Positions 1 through 9,098 of a DNA stretch of 64,000 nucleotides are shown piece by piece. Source of the stretch: Bacilli bacterium (GTDB taxonomy: Bacteria; Bacillota_I; Bacilli_A; RFN20; CAG-826). The position numbers and the translations under genes are program-made. How positions within the stretch are numbered: the stretch's first letter is position 1; each line of letters opens with the position of its first letter. The notes beneath the pieces were generated by a model. It made no database searches. It was not told the DNA's origin and was given only the letters and a program-made list of their open reading frames with translations. The stretch is from the NCBI GenBank assembly GCA_041669265.1, contig JBAYBM010000002.1, forward strand, positions 2,391 to 66,390, written 5' to 3'.

Positions 1-1106
1 CCTATCTCTTTATTAGAATTAAAACCAAATTCTTTTAAAGAAATGACATCTTTTTTCTTTGCTTTAATGAATAATTTACAAGGGTTATAAGAATCATAAA
101 TATTATTGATAATAGTCTTTAAAAAATCTAGTAGATATTTAGTAGAATCAACTTTGTAAGTTTTAATTATAAAATCTCTAGAGTTTTTAATATTTTCTAA
201 AATAAATAAGCCTACAATCGTGTTTTTATTGTAAATTGCTAAGTGTTTTCCATTTTTATCTTTTTTAGAAAAACTACTCTTTTTTAAATATAATATTTCA
301 TCAATATAATCTTTATAATTATTAATCTTTTTATAAAATAAATCAGTTCCTTCAATTTTATTTTCTTTATGCATATAAAAAATATCTTCTTTTTCATCAT
401 TTGACATCATTGTAAGAAAATTATCTTTTGAAGAAGGAAAATTCTTATAAATGTTTTGTAAGATAAGTTTAATATCTTCACGTTTTGTCATCTTATCGTT
501 AGGGCAATTTGATGAAAATACAGGTATATTTTCTTCTTTAACTAATCTTTTTAAATCATTTTCATTTGAATAAATAAGAGGACGAATAAAAGTTATTTTT
601 TCATTTGTTAAAAACATTTTTGGAGAAAAAGTCGCAATTCTTCCTCCATATATTTCATTTAAGAATAAAGTTTCAACTGCATCGTCTTTATGGTGAGCAA
701 AGCTTACTTTATTACAATGTAATTTGTGGGCAGCTTTATTTATAATTGCTTTCTTCATTTTGCTGCAAATTGAGCATGGTAAATAGGGAGTTTTTTGTCT
801 TTCTTCTTGAATTTTCAATATTTTATAAACGTCTTTTCCATCAGCAACATATAAATCTAAACCTAAACTTAAACAATATTCCTTTAATTTTGTTGAATCA
901 AAATTTGGGAAACCTAAGTCAATAATGCAAGGATAAATCTCAAATTTTGTTTTTGAGAATTTTTTGTATAAAGATAGCGAATATAATAGTGACATGCTAT
1001 CTTTTCCGCCGCTTACCCCAACACAAATTTTATCGTTATTATTAATTAAGTTGAAATCTTTATCTGCTCTTCTAATAGAGGCTAAAATAATTCTAATTGC
1101 TTTCAT
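1..1106 (-). CDS. PP-loop ATP pyrophosphatase of the TtcA / tRNA-thiolation type; the 3' end runs off the window and the C-terminal extension is unassigned
   Basis: The reverse-strand ORF is open from the ATG at 1106 to position 1, and is absent from the track because it is truncated. Translation is MKAIRIILASIRRADKDFNLINNNDKICVGVSGGKDSMSLL..., with an SGGKDS PP-loop, a CSICSKM CxxC pair and a later NCPND cysteine. More than 110 further residues have no recognisable motif. Confidence 0.75.
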   Translation of the reverse strand, partial: MKAIRIILASIRRADKDFNLINNNDKICVGVSGGKDSMSLLYSLSLYKKFSKTKFEIYPCIIDLGFPNFDSTKLKEYCLSLGLDLYVADGKDVYKILKIQEERQKTPYLPCSICSKMKKAIINKAAHKLHCNKVSFAHHKDDAVETLFLNEIYGGRIATFSPKMFLTNEKITFIRPLIYSNENDLKRLVKEENIPVFSSNCPNDKMTKREDIKLILQNIYKNFPSSKDNFLTMMSNDEKEDIFYMHKENKIEGTDLFYKKINNYKDYIDEILYLKKSSFSKKDKNGKHLAIYNKNTIVGLFILENIKNSRDFIIKTYKVDSTKYLLDFLKTIINNIYDSYNPCKLFIKAKKKDVISLKEFGFNSNKEI

Positions 1107-1204
1107 ATTTATAGATTATAGTTATTTAGGCTTAAAATGCCAATAAAGTAATTCTTTATTTTTACTTTTATTATCTTTATAATATTTTTTGGTTGGTAAA
1201 AAGT

Positions 1205-2098
1205 ATGAAAGTTTATAGAATAGATGATTATTTAAATATTAATATTGATATTAAAAATTTATCTTTGGTTTTAGTGTATTTTGATGGAGTTCATGTTGGT
1301 CATGTGCAATTAATTTCTTTTGCAAAATATAATGCACCTGGACCTTTAGGAGTTTTAACTTTCGATAAACCATTAAAATCAATTGAAGGCAATTTATCAA
1401 TGGTTGAAGATAGAATAGATATTTTTAAAAGAATTGGTGTAGACTATGTTTTTATTATCAATTGTGATGATAATTTTAAAGAACTTTCTTATATTGATTT
1501 TTGTGAAAAAGTATTAAAAAGATTTAATCCAATAAGATTATATTGTGGTCCAGATTTTAAATTCGGTTATGAAGCTAAAGGAAATGTTAATGATTTAAAA
1601 GCAAGATTTAATAATGTTGAAGTTATTAATTTTGTTAATGATTATAATCATCACAAGATTTCTTCAAGTGATATTAAAAACTTAATTAAAGAAGGTGAAG
1701 TCGAAGAGGCCAGTAAGCTACTTGGCAGGCCTTATTCAATTACTGGAACAATTTTTCATGGCAATTCAATTGGAAATACAATAGGATTTCCAACAGCCAA
1801 TTTAAAGCCATTTGTTGGCTATGTTATGCCTAAAATTGGTGTTTATATTACTAGATCAGTTATTGATGGAGTTCGTTATACTAGCATTACAAACGTAGGA
1901 AATAATCCTACAATAGCCGATAAATTACCTGTTACTATTGAAACATATGTTTTAGATTTTAATGGTGATTTATATGGAAAAGAAATGAAATTATATTTCT
2001 ATAAGAGATTAAGGGACGAGATTAAGTTTGATTCAAAAGATGCTTTAATTGAAGAACTTAATAAAAATACACTAGAAGCTATTGAATTCTTTAGATAA
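1205..2098 (+). CDS. ribF: bifunctional riboflavin kinase / FMN adenylyltransferase
   Basis: The FAD-synthetase N-domain (FDGVHVGH) and riboflavin kinase C-domain (GFPTAN, ETYVLDF) are present. The ATG at 1205 is preferred over the TTG at 1193 used by the track. Confidence 0.9.
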   Translation: MKVYRIDDYLNINIDIKNLSLVLVYFDGVHVGHVQLISFAKYNAPGPLGVLTFDKPLKSIEGNLSMVEDRIDIFKRIGVDYVFIINCDDNFKELSYIDFCEKVLKRFNPIRLYCGPDFKFGYEAKGNVNDLKARFNNVEVINFVNDYNHHKISSSDIKNLIKEGEVEEASKLLGRPYSITGTIFHGNSIGNTIGFPTANLKPFVGYVMPKIGVYITRSVIDGVRYTSITNVGNNPTIADKLPVTIETYVLDFNGDLYGKEMKLYFYKRLRDEIKFDSKDALIEELNKNTLEAIEFFR

Positions 2099-2103
2099 TT
2101 TCT

Positions 2104-2178
2104 ATAGAATATTAAAGTACTTTTGGCATAGATTAACGATATTCCCGTACGTTTATCCAAGTTAAAAGCATATTCTAT
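2104..2178 (+). promoter_or_regulatory. structured 5' leader of rpsO (candidate S15 autoregulatory element)
   Basis: Two nested helices are present. The outer one is 2104-2112 ATAGAATAT paired with 2170-2178 ATATTCTAT (9 bp). The inner one is 2123-2130 paired with 2154-2160 (7 bp with one bulged C). The structure ends 4 nt before the SD GAAGGGAGA. Confidence 0.35.
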
Positions 2179-2196
2179 TATGAAGGGAGACATTTT

Positions 2197-2463
2197 ATGT
2201 TAGTAAAATCAGAAAAAGTAGAGTTAGTTAAGAAGTATGGAAAGAATGAAAAGGATACAGGTAGTATCGAAGTTCAAGTCGCCATCCTTACTGAAGAAAT
2301 TAAAGGATTAACCGATCACTTAAAAGCAAATGATAAAGATTCAATTGCTCGTAGAGGTTTATTAGTCAAAGTTGGTAAGAGAAAATCGTTACTTGCTTAC
2401 TTAGAAAGAACCGATCGTGATTCTTACATTAAATTACTTGCAGCACTTGGATTAAGAAAGTAG
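2197..2463 (+). CDS. rpsO: 30S ribosomal protein S15
   Basis: 88 aa, with the typical S15 sequence (DTGSIEVQVA ... HLKANDKDSIARRGLL). Confidence 0.95.
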   Translation: MLVKSEKVELVKKYGKNEKDTGSIEVQVAILTEEIKGLTDHLKANDKDSIARRGLLVKVGKRKSLLAYLERTDRDSYIKLLAALGLRK

Positions 2464-2480
2464 TTACAATTAATAAATAA

Positions 2481-2506
2481 GCTCCCTTAAATAAGGGAGT
2501 TTTTTA
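2481..2506 (+). terminator. intrinsic terminator after rpsO
   Basis: Stem CTCCCTT (2482-2488) and AAGGGAG (2493-2499) with loop AAAT, followed by a T-run at 2500-2505. Confidence 0.85.
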
Positions 2507-2522
2507 TTGTATAATATTTCTT

Positions 2523-4262
2523 ATGCATAAGAGCATTTATTCATTAAGAAATTACAAAAAAGAAGTAATTTTAGGACCTATATTTAAAACTTTAGAAGTA
2601 ATATTTGAATTACTTATCCCTTTTTTAATGAAAGGAATTATTGATGTAGGCATTACAAACTATAATCAAGGACTTGGTAATAACGATATTTTATGGCGTA
2701 GTGGACTTATTATTTTATTGTGTGTAATAGGTTTTTGCTCAACAATGGTTTGTCAATATTTTGCTTCTATAGCTTCACAAGGATTTGGAACAGATTTACG
2801 TAATAGAATAATTAAAAAGATTGATGAATTGTCTTTGAAAGAATTAAAAATTATTGGAGATGGTAATTTAATCAATTTAATAAATAATGATAGTAATAGA
2901 TTACAACAAAGTGTAGCAATGCTTATTAGATTAGCGATTAGGGCTCCTGCAATGGTGCTTGGTTCACTTGTTTGTGCATTTCTAATCGATTATAAGGTTG
3001 GTTTGATTCTTTTAATTGTAATTGTATTAATTTCTTTAATCTTGTTTTTTGTGTTAAAAACAAATAATAAAAAGGTTGCTATATTACAAAAAAAGAATGA
3101 TGAGATTGCTACTACTATAAAAGATGGATTAAATGGTGCTCGAGTAATTCGCTCTTTTAACGATCAAAAATATGAAGAAAATAGATGCAAAAAAGAGACA
3201 CAAGATTATTTTAAAGATAGCAAAAAAGTGAGTTTTATAAATGCATTAATTAATCCACTAACATATTTAATTATTAATAGTGCGATATTTCTAATTATTT
3301 CTTTTTGGAATGGCCAATTAATGAATAGTTTTTCTACATTATCAAGAGGAGATATTGTTGCGATTTTACAATATCTTAATCAAATACTATTGGCTTTAAT
3401 TGCGCTTTGTAATATTTTAATTATTTTTAATAAAGGACTTGTTAGCAAGAAAAGATGTGATTATTTTCTTACTTTAAATAGTTCCATTAAGAATAATCCA
3501 ATAGTTTCAAAACATGATATTGGAAAAGGTGAAGAATTATTTAAATTAAAAAATGTAGATTTTTGCTACAATTCTGGTGATAATCTAGTACTTAAGGATA
3601 TTAACTTAGTAATCAACAAAGGTGATAAAGTTGGAATCATTGGTGGAACTGGATCTGGTAAAACTACGCTTATAAGGTTATTGGAAAGATTCTATGATAC
3701 AAACAAGGGAAAACTTTTTTATAAAGGAAACGATATTAAAGATTATGATGTTGATTCTTTACATGAGGAGATTTCATATATTTCACAAAAAAATAATTTA
3801 TTTATTGGTACTATTAAAAGTAACTTAGAAGTTGGAAAAAATAATGCAACAAATGAAGAAATTATTGAATCGTTAAATAGTGCTGTAGCCTATGATTTTG
3901 TTAATGAGTACAAAGATGGAATTAATCATAAGGTTGAAGAGAATGGAAAGAACTTTTCAGGTGGGCAAAAACAAAGGATTTGTATTGCAAGAGGTTTAAT
4001 AAAAGATAGTGAGACACTAATTTTAGATGATACAATGAGCGCACTTGATTTTTTAACTGAAAAAAAACTAAGACAAAATATTTATAAAAATAAAAATAAA
4101 ACCATTATTGTTGTTTCGCAAAGAGTAAGCTCTTTAGCTAATTGTAATAAAATAATTGTAATGCATAATGGTCAAATTGATTCGATTGGTACTAATAAAT
4201 ATTTATTAGAGAATTCTAAAATATATAAAGAAATATATTCTTCACAGGTGAAAAATAAATAA
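2523..4262 (+). CDS. ABC exporter half-transporter (TMD-NBD), the subunit carrying the degenerate ATP-site residues
   Basis: N-terminal 6-TM-type domain, Walker A GGTGSGKTT and signature FSGGQ. Walker B is ILDDT (Asp replaces the catalytic Glu) and the H-loop is VVSQR (Gln replaces His). Confidence 0.9.
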   Translation: MHKSIYSLRNYKKEVILGPIFKTLEVIFELLIPFLMKGIIDVGITNYNQGLGNNDILWRSGLIILLCVIGFCSTMVCQYFASIASQGFGTDLRNRIIKKIDELSLKELKIIGDGNLINLINNDSNRLQQSVAMLIRLAIRAPAMVLGSLVCAFLIDYKVGLILLIVIVLISLILFFVLKTNNKKVAILQKKNDEIATTIKDGLNGARVIRSFNDQKYEENRCKKETQDYFKDSKKVSFINALINPLTYLIINSAIFLIISFWNGQLMNSFSTLSRGDIVAILQYLNQILLALIALCNILIIFNKGLVSKKRCDYFLTLNSSIKNNPIVSKHDIGKGEELFKLKNVDFCYNSGDNLVLKDINLVINKGDKVGIIGGTGSGKTTLIRLLERFYDTNKGKLFYKGNDIKDYDVDSLHEEISYISQKNNLFIGTIKSNLEVGKNNATNEEIIESLNSAVAYDFVNEYKDGINHKVEENGKNFSGGQKQRICIARGLIKDSETLILDDTMSALDFLTEKKLRQNIYKNKNKTIIVVSQRVSSLANCNKIIVMHNGQIDSIGTNKYLLENSKIYKEIYSSQVKNK

Positions 4263-4263
4263 T

Positions 4264-6012
4264 ATGAAAGATATAAAAACTTTATTTAAATATTTTAAAA
4301 ACAAAAAAATTCTTCTTATTTCAAGTTTATTTTTAGCACTTGTTTATGTAATTGGTAACTTACTAATTCCTTTATTTAGTGCAAAAATTATTGATGATAT
4401 TAATATCATGATTAATACAAATAATTTCTATTTTGATTATAAAGTATATTTAATAAGTGGAATTATAGTAATTGTCGTTGTAATTGCACAATATTTCTTT
4501 ATTTCTTTGATCAATATTTTTGTTGAAAAAGTAATGAAGCAATTAAAAGATGATGTTTATCAAAAACTAAATAATGTTCCAATTTCTTTTATCGATACTC
4601 ATGGTCATGGTGATTTATTATCTCGCTCAATTAATGATATCGATAATATTGCCAATGCTTTAATATCTTCTTTCCAGCAAGCTTTTGAGGGAATTATTAT
4701 GATTATTACTACATTAATTATTATGTACTTATATAATTATGTATTAGCTACTGTTGTTTTAATATTGACTCCATTAGGATTTTTATTATCTTATTTTGTT
4801 GCAAAGAAATCACATAATTTGTATCAAAAGCAAGGCAAACTTCAAGGAGAAATTGGTTCTTTAACATTAGAAAATGTATCAAATATTGAATTAATTAAAT
4901 CAAATAATTATGAAGAAATTTCTTTTAATAAATTTAAAGAAAAAAATGATAAATTATATTGTGTTGGTCAAAAAGCACAATTTGCTAGTAGTTGGACTAA
5001 TCCTTCTACAAGATTAATAAATAATACTACTTATGGAATTGTTGGATTAATTGGTGCTCTATTAATTATTGGATATTTCAATGATTTTTGGGGATGGGAA
5101 GTGACTTTAACTATAGGTGGTTTGACAGCTTTTTTACAATATTCAACTCAATTTGCTAAACCATTCAATGAGATTTCTTCTTGTGTTAATGAGATTTCTC
5201 TCGGTTATACTTCTTTAAAAAGAGTAAATGAAATACTTCTTTCAAGTAATGATATCGATGATGGTAAAAAGACTATTGATTCTGATATTAAATGTATAAG
5301 TTTTAACAAAGTATATTTTTCTTATGATAAAAATATGAAACTTATTGAAGACTTTAATTTTACTATTAATCATGGCGAAAAGATTGCTATTGTTGGACCA
5401 ACAGGATGTGGGAAAACAACGATTGTTAACTTACTTTTACGCTTTTATGATCCTAATAGCGGCACAATCAATTTAAATGATATTGAAAGCAAAACGATTA
5501 GTAAAGAAAGTCTTAGAAACCATTTTGGAATGGTCTTGCAAGATACTTGGATTTTTAATGGTACAATATATCAAAACATAATTTATGGTAGAGATAATGT
5601 CGATAGAAACGAAGTAATTTTAGCTAGTAAAGAAGCAAATGCTTATGATTTTATTATGAGATTACCTAAAGGTTTTGATACGATTGTTAGTGATGAATCA
5701 GGTTTATCACAAGGGGAAAAACAACTTATTTGTATTGCAAGAATGATGCTTGTAAAGCCTGAAATTGTAATATTAGATGAAGCTACAAGTAATATTGACA
5801 CAAGAAGTGAATTAAAAATTATTGATGGTTTTAATAAACTAATGAAAAATAGAACATCAATAATTATTGCTCATAGGTTATCAACTATTATAAATTCAGA
5901 TAAAATAATTGTAATGAAAAATGGGCATATCGATGATATCGGTACCCATAATGAATTATTAGCTAAAAAAGGCTTTTACTATGATTTATATTCTTCTCAA
6001 TTTGAGAATTAA
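4264..6012 (+). CDS. ABC exporter half-transporter (TMD-NBD), the subunit carrying the consensus ATP-site residues
   Basis: Walker A GPTGCGKTT, Walker B ILDEAT and H-loop IAHRLST, but a deviant signature LSQGE. It starts 1 nt after the stop of the preceding subunit. Confidence 0.9.
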   Translation: MKDIKTLFKYFKNKKILLISSLFLALVYVIGNLLIPLFSAKIIDDINIMINTNNFYFDYKVYLISGIIVIVVVIAQYFFISLINIFVEKVMKQLKDDVYQKLNNVPISFIDTHGHGDLLSRSINDIDNIANALISSFQQAFEGIIMIITTLIIMYLYNYVLATVVLILTPLGFLLSYFVAKKSHNLYQKQGKLQGEIGSLTLENVSNIELIKSNNYEEISFNKFKEKNDKLYCVGQKAQFASSWTNPSTRLINNTTYGIVGLIGALLIIGYFNDFWGWEVTLTIGGLTAFLQYSTQFAKPFNEISSCVNEISLGYTSLKRVNEILLSSNDIDDGKKTIDSDIKCISFNKVYFSYDKNMKLIEDFNFTINHGEKIAIVGPTGCGKTTIVNLLLRFYDPNSGTINLNDIESKTISKESLRNHFGMVLQDTWIFNGTIYQNIIYGRDNVDRNEVILASKEANAYDFIMRLPKGFDTIVSDESGLSQGEKQLICIARMMLVKPEIVILDEATSNIDTRSELKIIDGFNKLMKNRTSIIIAHRLSTIINSDKIIVMKNGHIDDIGTHNELLAKKGFYYDLYSSQFEN

Positions 6013-6623
6013 TGTTCTAAATATTCACGAATAATACTTACTAATGACTTAACAGACTTGTTTTCGATACCATCGTTGTTAATTATAATATCTGCATAAA
6101 CTTGGGAAGGCCCAATAATTTCTTCATACATTGGTTGAACTGTTGTTAAATATTGTTTAACAATTCCATCGAAATCTCTTCCTCTTTCTTTTTGATCTCG
6201 ATTAATTCTTCGTAATAATCTTCTTTCTCTACTTGCATTAATAAATATTTTTAAATCACCAACATTTCTAACTTCTTTATCAACAAGAGCCATAATTCCT
6301 TCAACAATAACGATTTTTTTAGGAGAAACTTTTTCGGTTTCTTGTTTTCTATTATGAATTACAAAATCATATAATGGTTTTTCGATGGTTTTTCCTTCTT
6401 TTAAATCATGTAATTGTTCACGAATTAGCTTCCAATCGAATGATTTTGGATGGTCGTAGTTTACAAGTTTTCTTTCCTCAAAAGATAATGAATCAATTCT
6501 TTTATAGTAATCATCTAATGAAATATGTGTAATATTTTCTTTTCCTAAAATTTGTTCAACTTGAGAAATAACATAAGTTTTTCCACTCGCTGAACCGCCA
6601 CCAATCAATATAATATAGCTCAT
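6009..6623 (-). CDS. udk: uridine kinase
   Basis: 204 aa with P-loop GGGSASGKT and the uridine kinase pattern (HISLDDYY, NYDHPKSFD). Confidence 0.9.
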   Translation of the reverse strand: MSYIILIGGGSASGKTYVISQVEQILGKENITHISLDDYYKRIDSLSFEERKLVNYDHPKSFDWKLIREQLHDLKEGKTIEKPLYDFVIHNRKQETEKVSPKKIVIVEGIMALVDKEVRNVGDLKIFINASRERRLLRRINRDQKERGRDFDGIVKQYLTTVQPMYEEIIGPSQVYADIIINNDGIENKSVKSLVSIIREYLEH

Positions 6624-6768
6624 AAATTAACCTCTTTTTTAATGATAAACTTCTTAAAATGTTATTGAAAGTTATTTATTGTTTATTAATAATAAAAGCC
6701 ATTTCTTTTTATAGTAAATGCAAATCAAAAGTGATATTATTTTAACGTATATAAAAAGGAAAGAGAAA

Positions 6769-9096
6769 ATGAAAAAAGTTTATGAAACTGAGTTTTATGG
6801 AAAAAAACTCAAAGTAGAGATTGGTGAGTTAGCTAAACAAGCTGATGGTGCTGTATTAGTAAGACTCAACGACACAACCGTTTTATCAACAGTTTGTTGT
6901 AGTGATGAAGCTAAGGAAGGTGATTTCTTCCCATTAACAGTTGGTTATGAAGAAAAGCAATATGCCTTAGGAAGAATTCCAGGTGGATTCTTAAGAAGAG
7001 AAGGTAGACCAGGAGAACATGGAACTTTAACCGCACGTTTAATTGATCGTCCATTAAGACCAATGTTCCCAGAAGGTTTTAGAAATGAAGTTCAAGTTGT
7101 TAATACTGTTTTAAGCGTTAATCTTGATTGCACTCCAGAAATGACTGCTATGTTTGGTAGTTCATTAGCATTAAGTATCAGTGATATTCCATTTGATGGT
7201 CCTATTGCTGGAGTTAATGTTGGAAGAGTTGGTGGAAAATTAATTATTGATCCATCAGTTAAAGAAAAAGAAGAAAGTGACTTAAATTTATCTGTTGCTG
7301 GCACAAAAGAAGCCATTAACATGGTTGAAGCTGGCGCAAATGAATTAAGTGAAGATGAAATGCTTGATGCTATCATGTTTGGTCATGAAGCAATTGTAAA
7401 ACTTTGTGAATTCCAAGAAACTATCATTAAAGAACTTGGAAAGAAGAAGAAAGAAGTTGATTTATTTAAAGCTGATCCTGAAATGAAAAAGGAAATCTAT
7501 GGTCGTATTTATGACCGTATGGTTAAAGCTATTTCTATTTTTGATAAATTAGAAAGACAAGGCGCAATCGATTCTTTAAAGAAAGAAATTAAAGACGATT
7601 ATGATAATAGAGATTATAAAAACGAAAAAGAACATTTCAATACAATGTTAATGGTTGATAACATTCTTGAAAACATGGTTGCTGATGAAGTTCGTAGATT
7701 AATTACAGAAGAAAAAATTAGACCTGATGGAAGAAAAGTTGATGAAATTCGTCCACTTGATGCACAAGTTGACATTATTCCAAGGGTTCATGGTAGTGCA
7801 TTATTTACAAGAGGACAAACTCAAGTACTTTCAATTTGTACTTTAGGTGGTAAAGATGATGAACAATTATTAGAAGGTTTAACTTCTGATGATAATAAAC
7901 GTTGGATTCATCACTATAATTTCCCACCTTATTCTGTTGGTGAAATTGGTAGAATGGGCACTCCAGGCAGAAGAGAAATTGGACATGGAGCTTTAGGTGA
8001 AAGAGCTTTAAGTTATGTTATTCCAAGTGAAAAAGAATTCCCATATACAATTCGTTGTGTTGCCGAAGTATTAGAAAGTAATGGAAGTAGTTCACAAGCT
8101 TCTATTTGTGCTTCTTGTATGTCACTTATGGCAGCTGGCGTTCCAATTAAGAGAATGGTTAGTGGTATTGCTATGGGTTTAATTACAAGTGGACCTTTAG
8201 ATGGTAAACATCCTTATACTATTTTAACTGATATTCAAGGTTTAGAAGATCACTTTGGTGATATGGACTTTAAAGTTGCTGGTACTGAAAAAGGTGTTAC
8301 AGCTTTACAAATGGATATTAAAATTAAAGGTGTTACTCGTGATATTTTACATGATGCATTATTACAAGCTAATAAAGCACGTGCTGAAATTAGAACTGCT
8401 ATGAGTAAAGCTATTAGTGAACCACGTAAAGAATTAGGTGAATTTACTCCTAAATTTACACAATTTGACATTAATAAAGATCAAATTAAAGATGTCATTG
8501 GTAGTGGTGGAAAAGTTATTAACGATATTATTGCTAAATGCGATACATGTAAGATTGATATCGATGAAACTGGACATGTTGTCATTTATCATATGAATAA
8601 AGCTATGGTTGAAAAAGCAAAGAATATGATTCTTGATATTACTCGTGTTGCTGAAATTGGTGATGAATACGAAGGAAAAGTAACCAGAGTCGAAGATTAT
8701 GGTGCATTCGTTTCATTATTTGGCAGTACTGAAGGACTTTGCCATGTTTCAAGATTAGGTTGGGGTTTTGTTAAGAACGCTCATGATGTTGTTAAGGTTG
8801 GTGATACTTTAAAAGTTAAAGTAATTGATCTTGATGAAAAAGGCAAAGTTAAATTATCACATCGTGAATATATTGAAAAACCAAAAGATTTTGTTGAGAA
8901 AAAGAGAGAACCACGTTCAAATGGTTCAAATAGTCATGAACACCACGAATATAATTCACATCGTGAGCATGATAATAACAATGCTGATTTCAAAGAATAT
9001 AAGAAACCTGTTGCTCCAACCAATGTTGAAGAAAACAAGGAAGAAACTGAAGATTCTAAGAAAAAGCATAGTTTCTTTGATAGATTTAAAAAATAA
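6769..9096 (+). CDS. pnp: polyribonucleotide nucleotidyltransferase (PNPase) with a His/Lys/Glu-rich C-terminal tail
   Basis: Two RNase PH domains plus KH and S1 domains are recognisable (GGFLRREGRP, SNGSSSQAS, DFKVAGT). The ATG at 6769 is preceded by AAAGGAAAGAG. The track start at 6718 is probably an upstream extension. Confidence 0.95.
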   Translation: MKKVYETEFYGKKLKVEIGELAKQADGAVLVRLNDTTVLSTVCCSDEAKEGDFFPLTVGYEEKQYALGRIPGGFLRREGRPGEHGTLTARLIDRPLRPMFPEGFRNEVQVVNTVLSVNLDCTPEMTAMFGSSLALSISDIPFDGPIAGVNVGRVGGKLIIDPSVKEKEESDLNLSVAGTKEAINMVEAGANELSEDEMLDAIMFGHEAIVKLCEFQETIIKELGKKKKEVDLFKADPEMKKEIYGRIYDRMVKAISIFDKLERQGAIDSLKKEIKDDYDNRDYKNEKEHFNTMLMVDNILENMVADEVRRLITEEKIRPDGRKVDEIRPLDAQVDIIPRVHGSALFTRGQTQVLSICTLGGKDDEQLLEGLTSDDNKRWIHHYNFPPYSVGEIGRMGTPGRREIGHGALGERALSYVIPSEKEFPYTIRCVAEVLESNGSSSQASICASCMSLMAAGVPIKRMVSGIAMGLITSGPLDGKHPYTILTDIQGLEDHFGDMDFKVAGTEKGVTALQMDIKIKGVTRDILHDALLQANKARAEIRTAMSKAISEPRKELGEFTPKFTQFDINKDQIKDVIGSGGKVINDIIAKCDTCKIDIDETGHVVIYHMNKAMVEKAKNMILDITRVAEIGDEYEGKVTRVEDYGAFVSLFGSTEGLCHVSRLGWGFVKNAHDVVKVGDTLKVKVIDLDEKGKVKLSHREYIEKPKDFVEKKREPRSNGSNSHEHHEYNSHREHDNNNADFKEYKKPVAPTNVEENKEETEDSKKKHSFFDRFKK

Positions 9097-9098
9097 TC

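Noticed and set aside
964-1146. 60-aa + strand ORF from the track
   Set aside because: It lies antisense to the 5' part of the well-supported PP-loop gene (SGGKDS is encoded on the opposite strand at about 1000-1020). It has no SD, and the peptide is hydrophobic and low-complexity, as is typical for AT-rich antisense frames.
1999-2193. 64-aa minus-strand ORF overlapping the ribF 3' end and the rpsO leader
   Set aside because: It is antisense to conserved ribF codons and has no recognisable motif or RBS. It is most likely a chance ORF.
7092-8471. Minus-strand ORFs 7092-7376 and 8250-8471 inside pnp
   Set aside because: Both are antisense to highly conserved PNPase domains. Their Ser/Leu/Ile-rich translations are typical mirror-frame artefacts.
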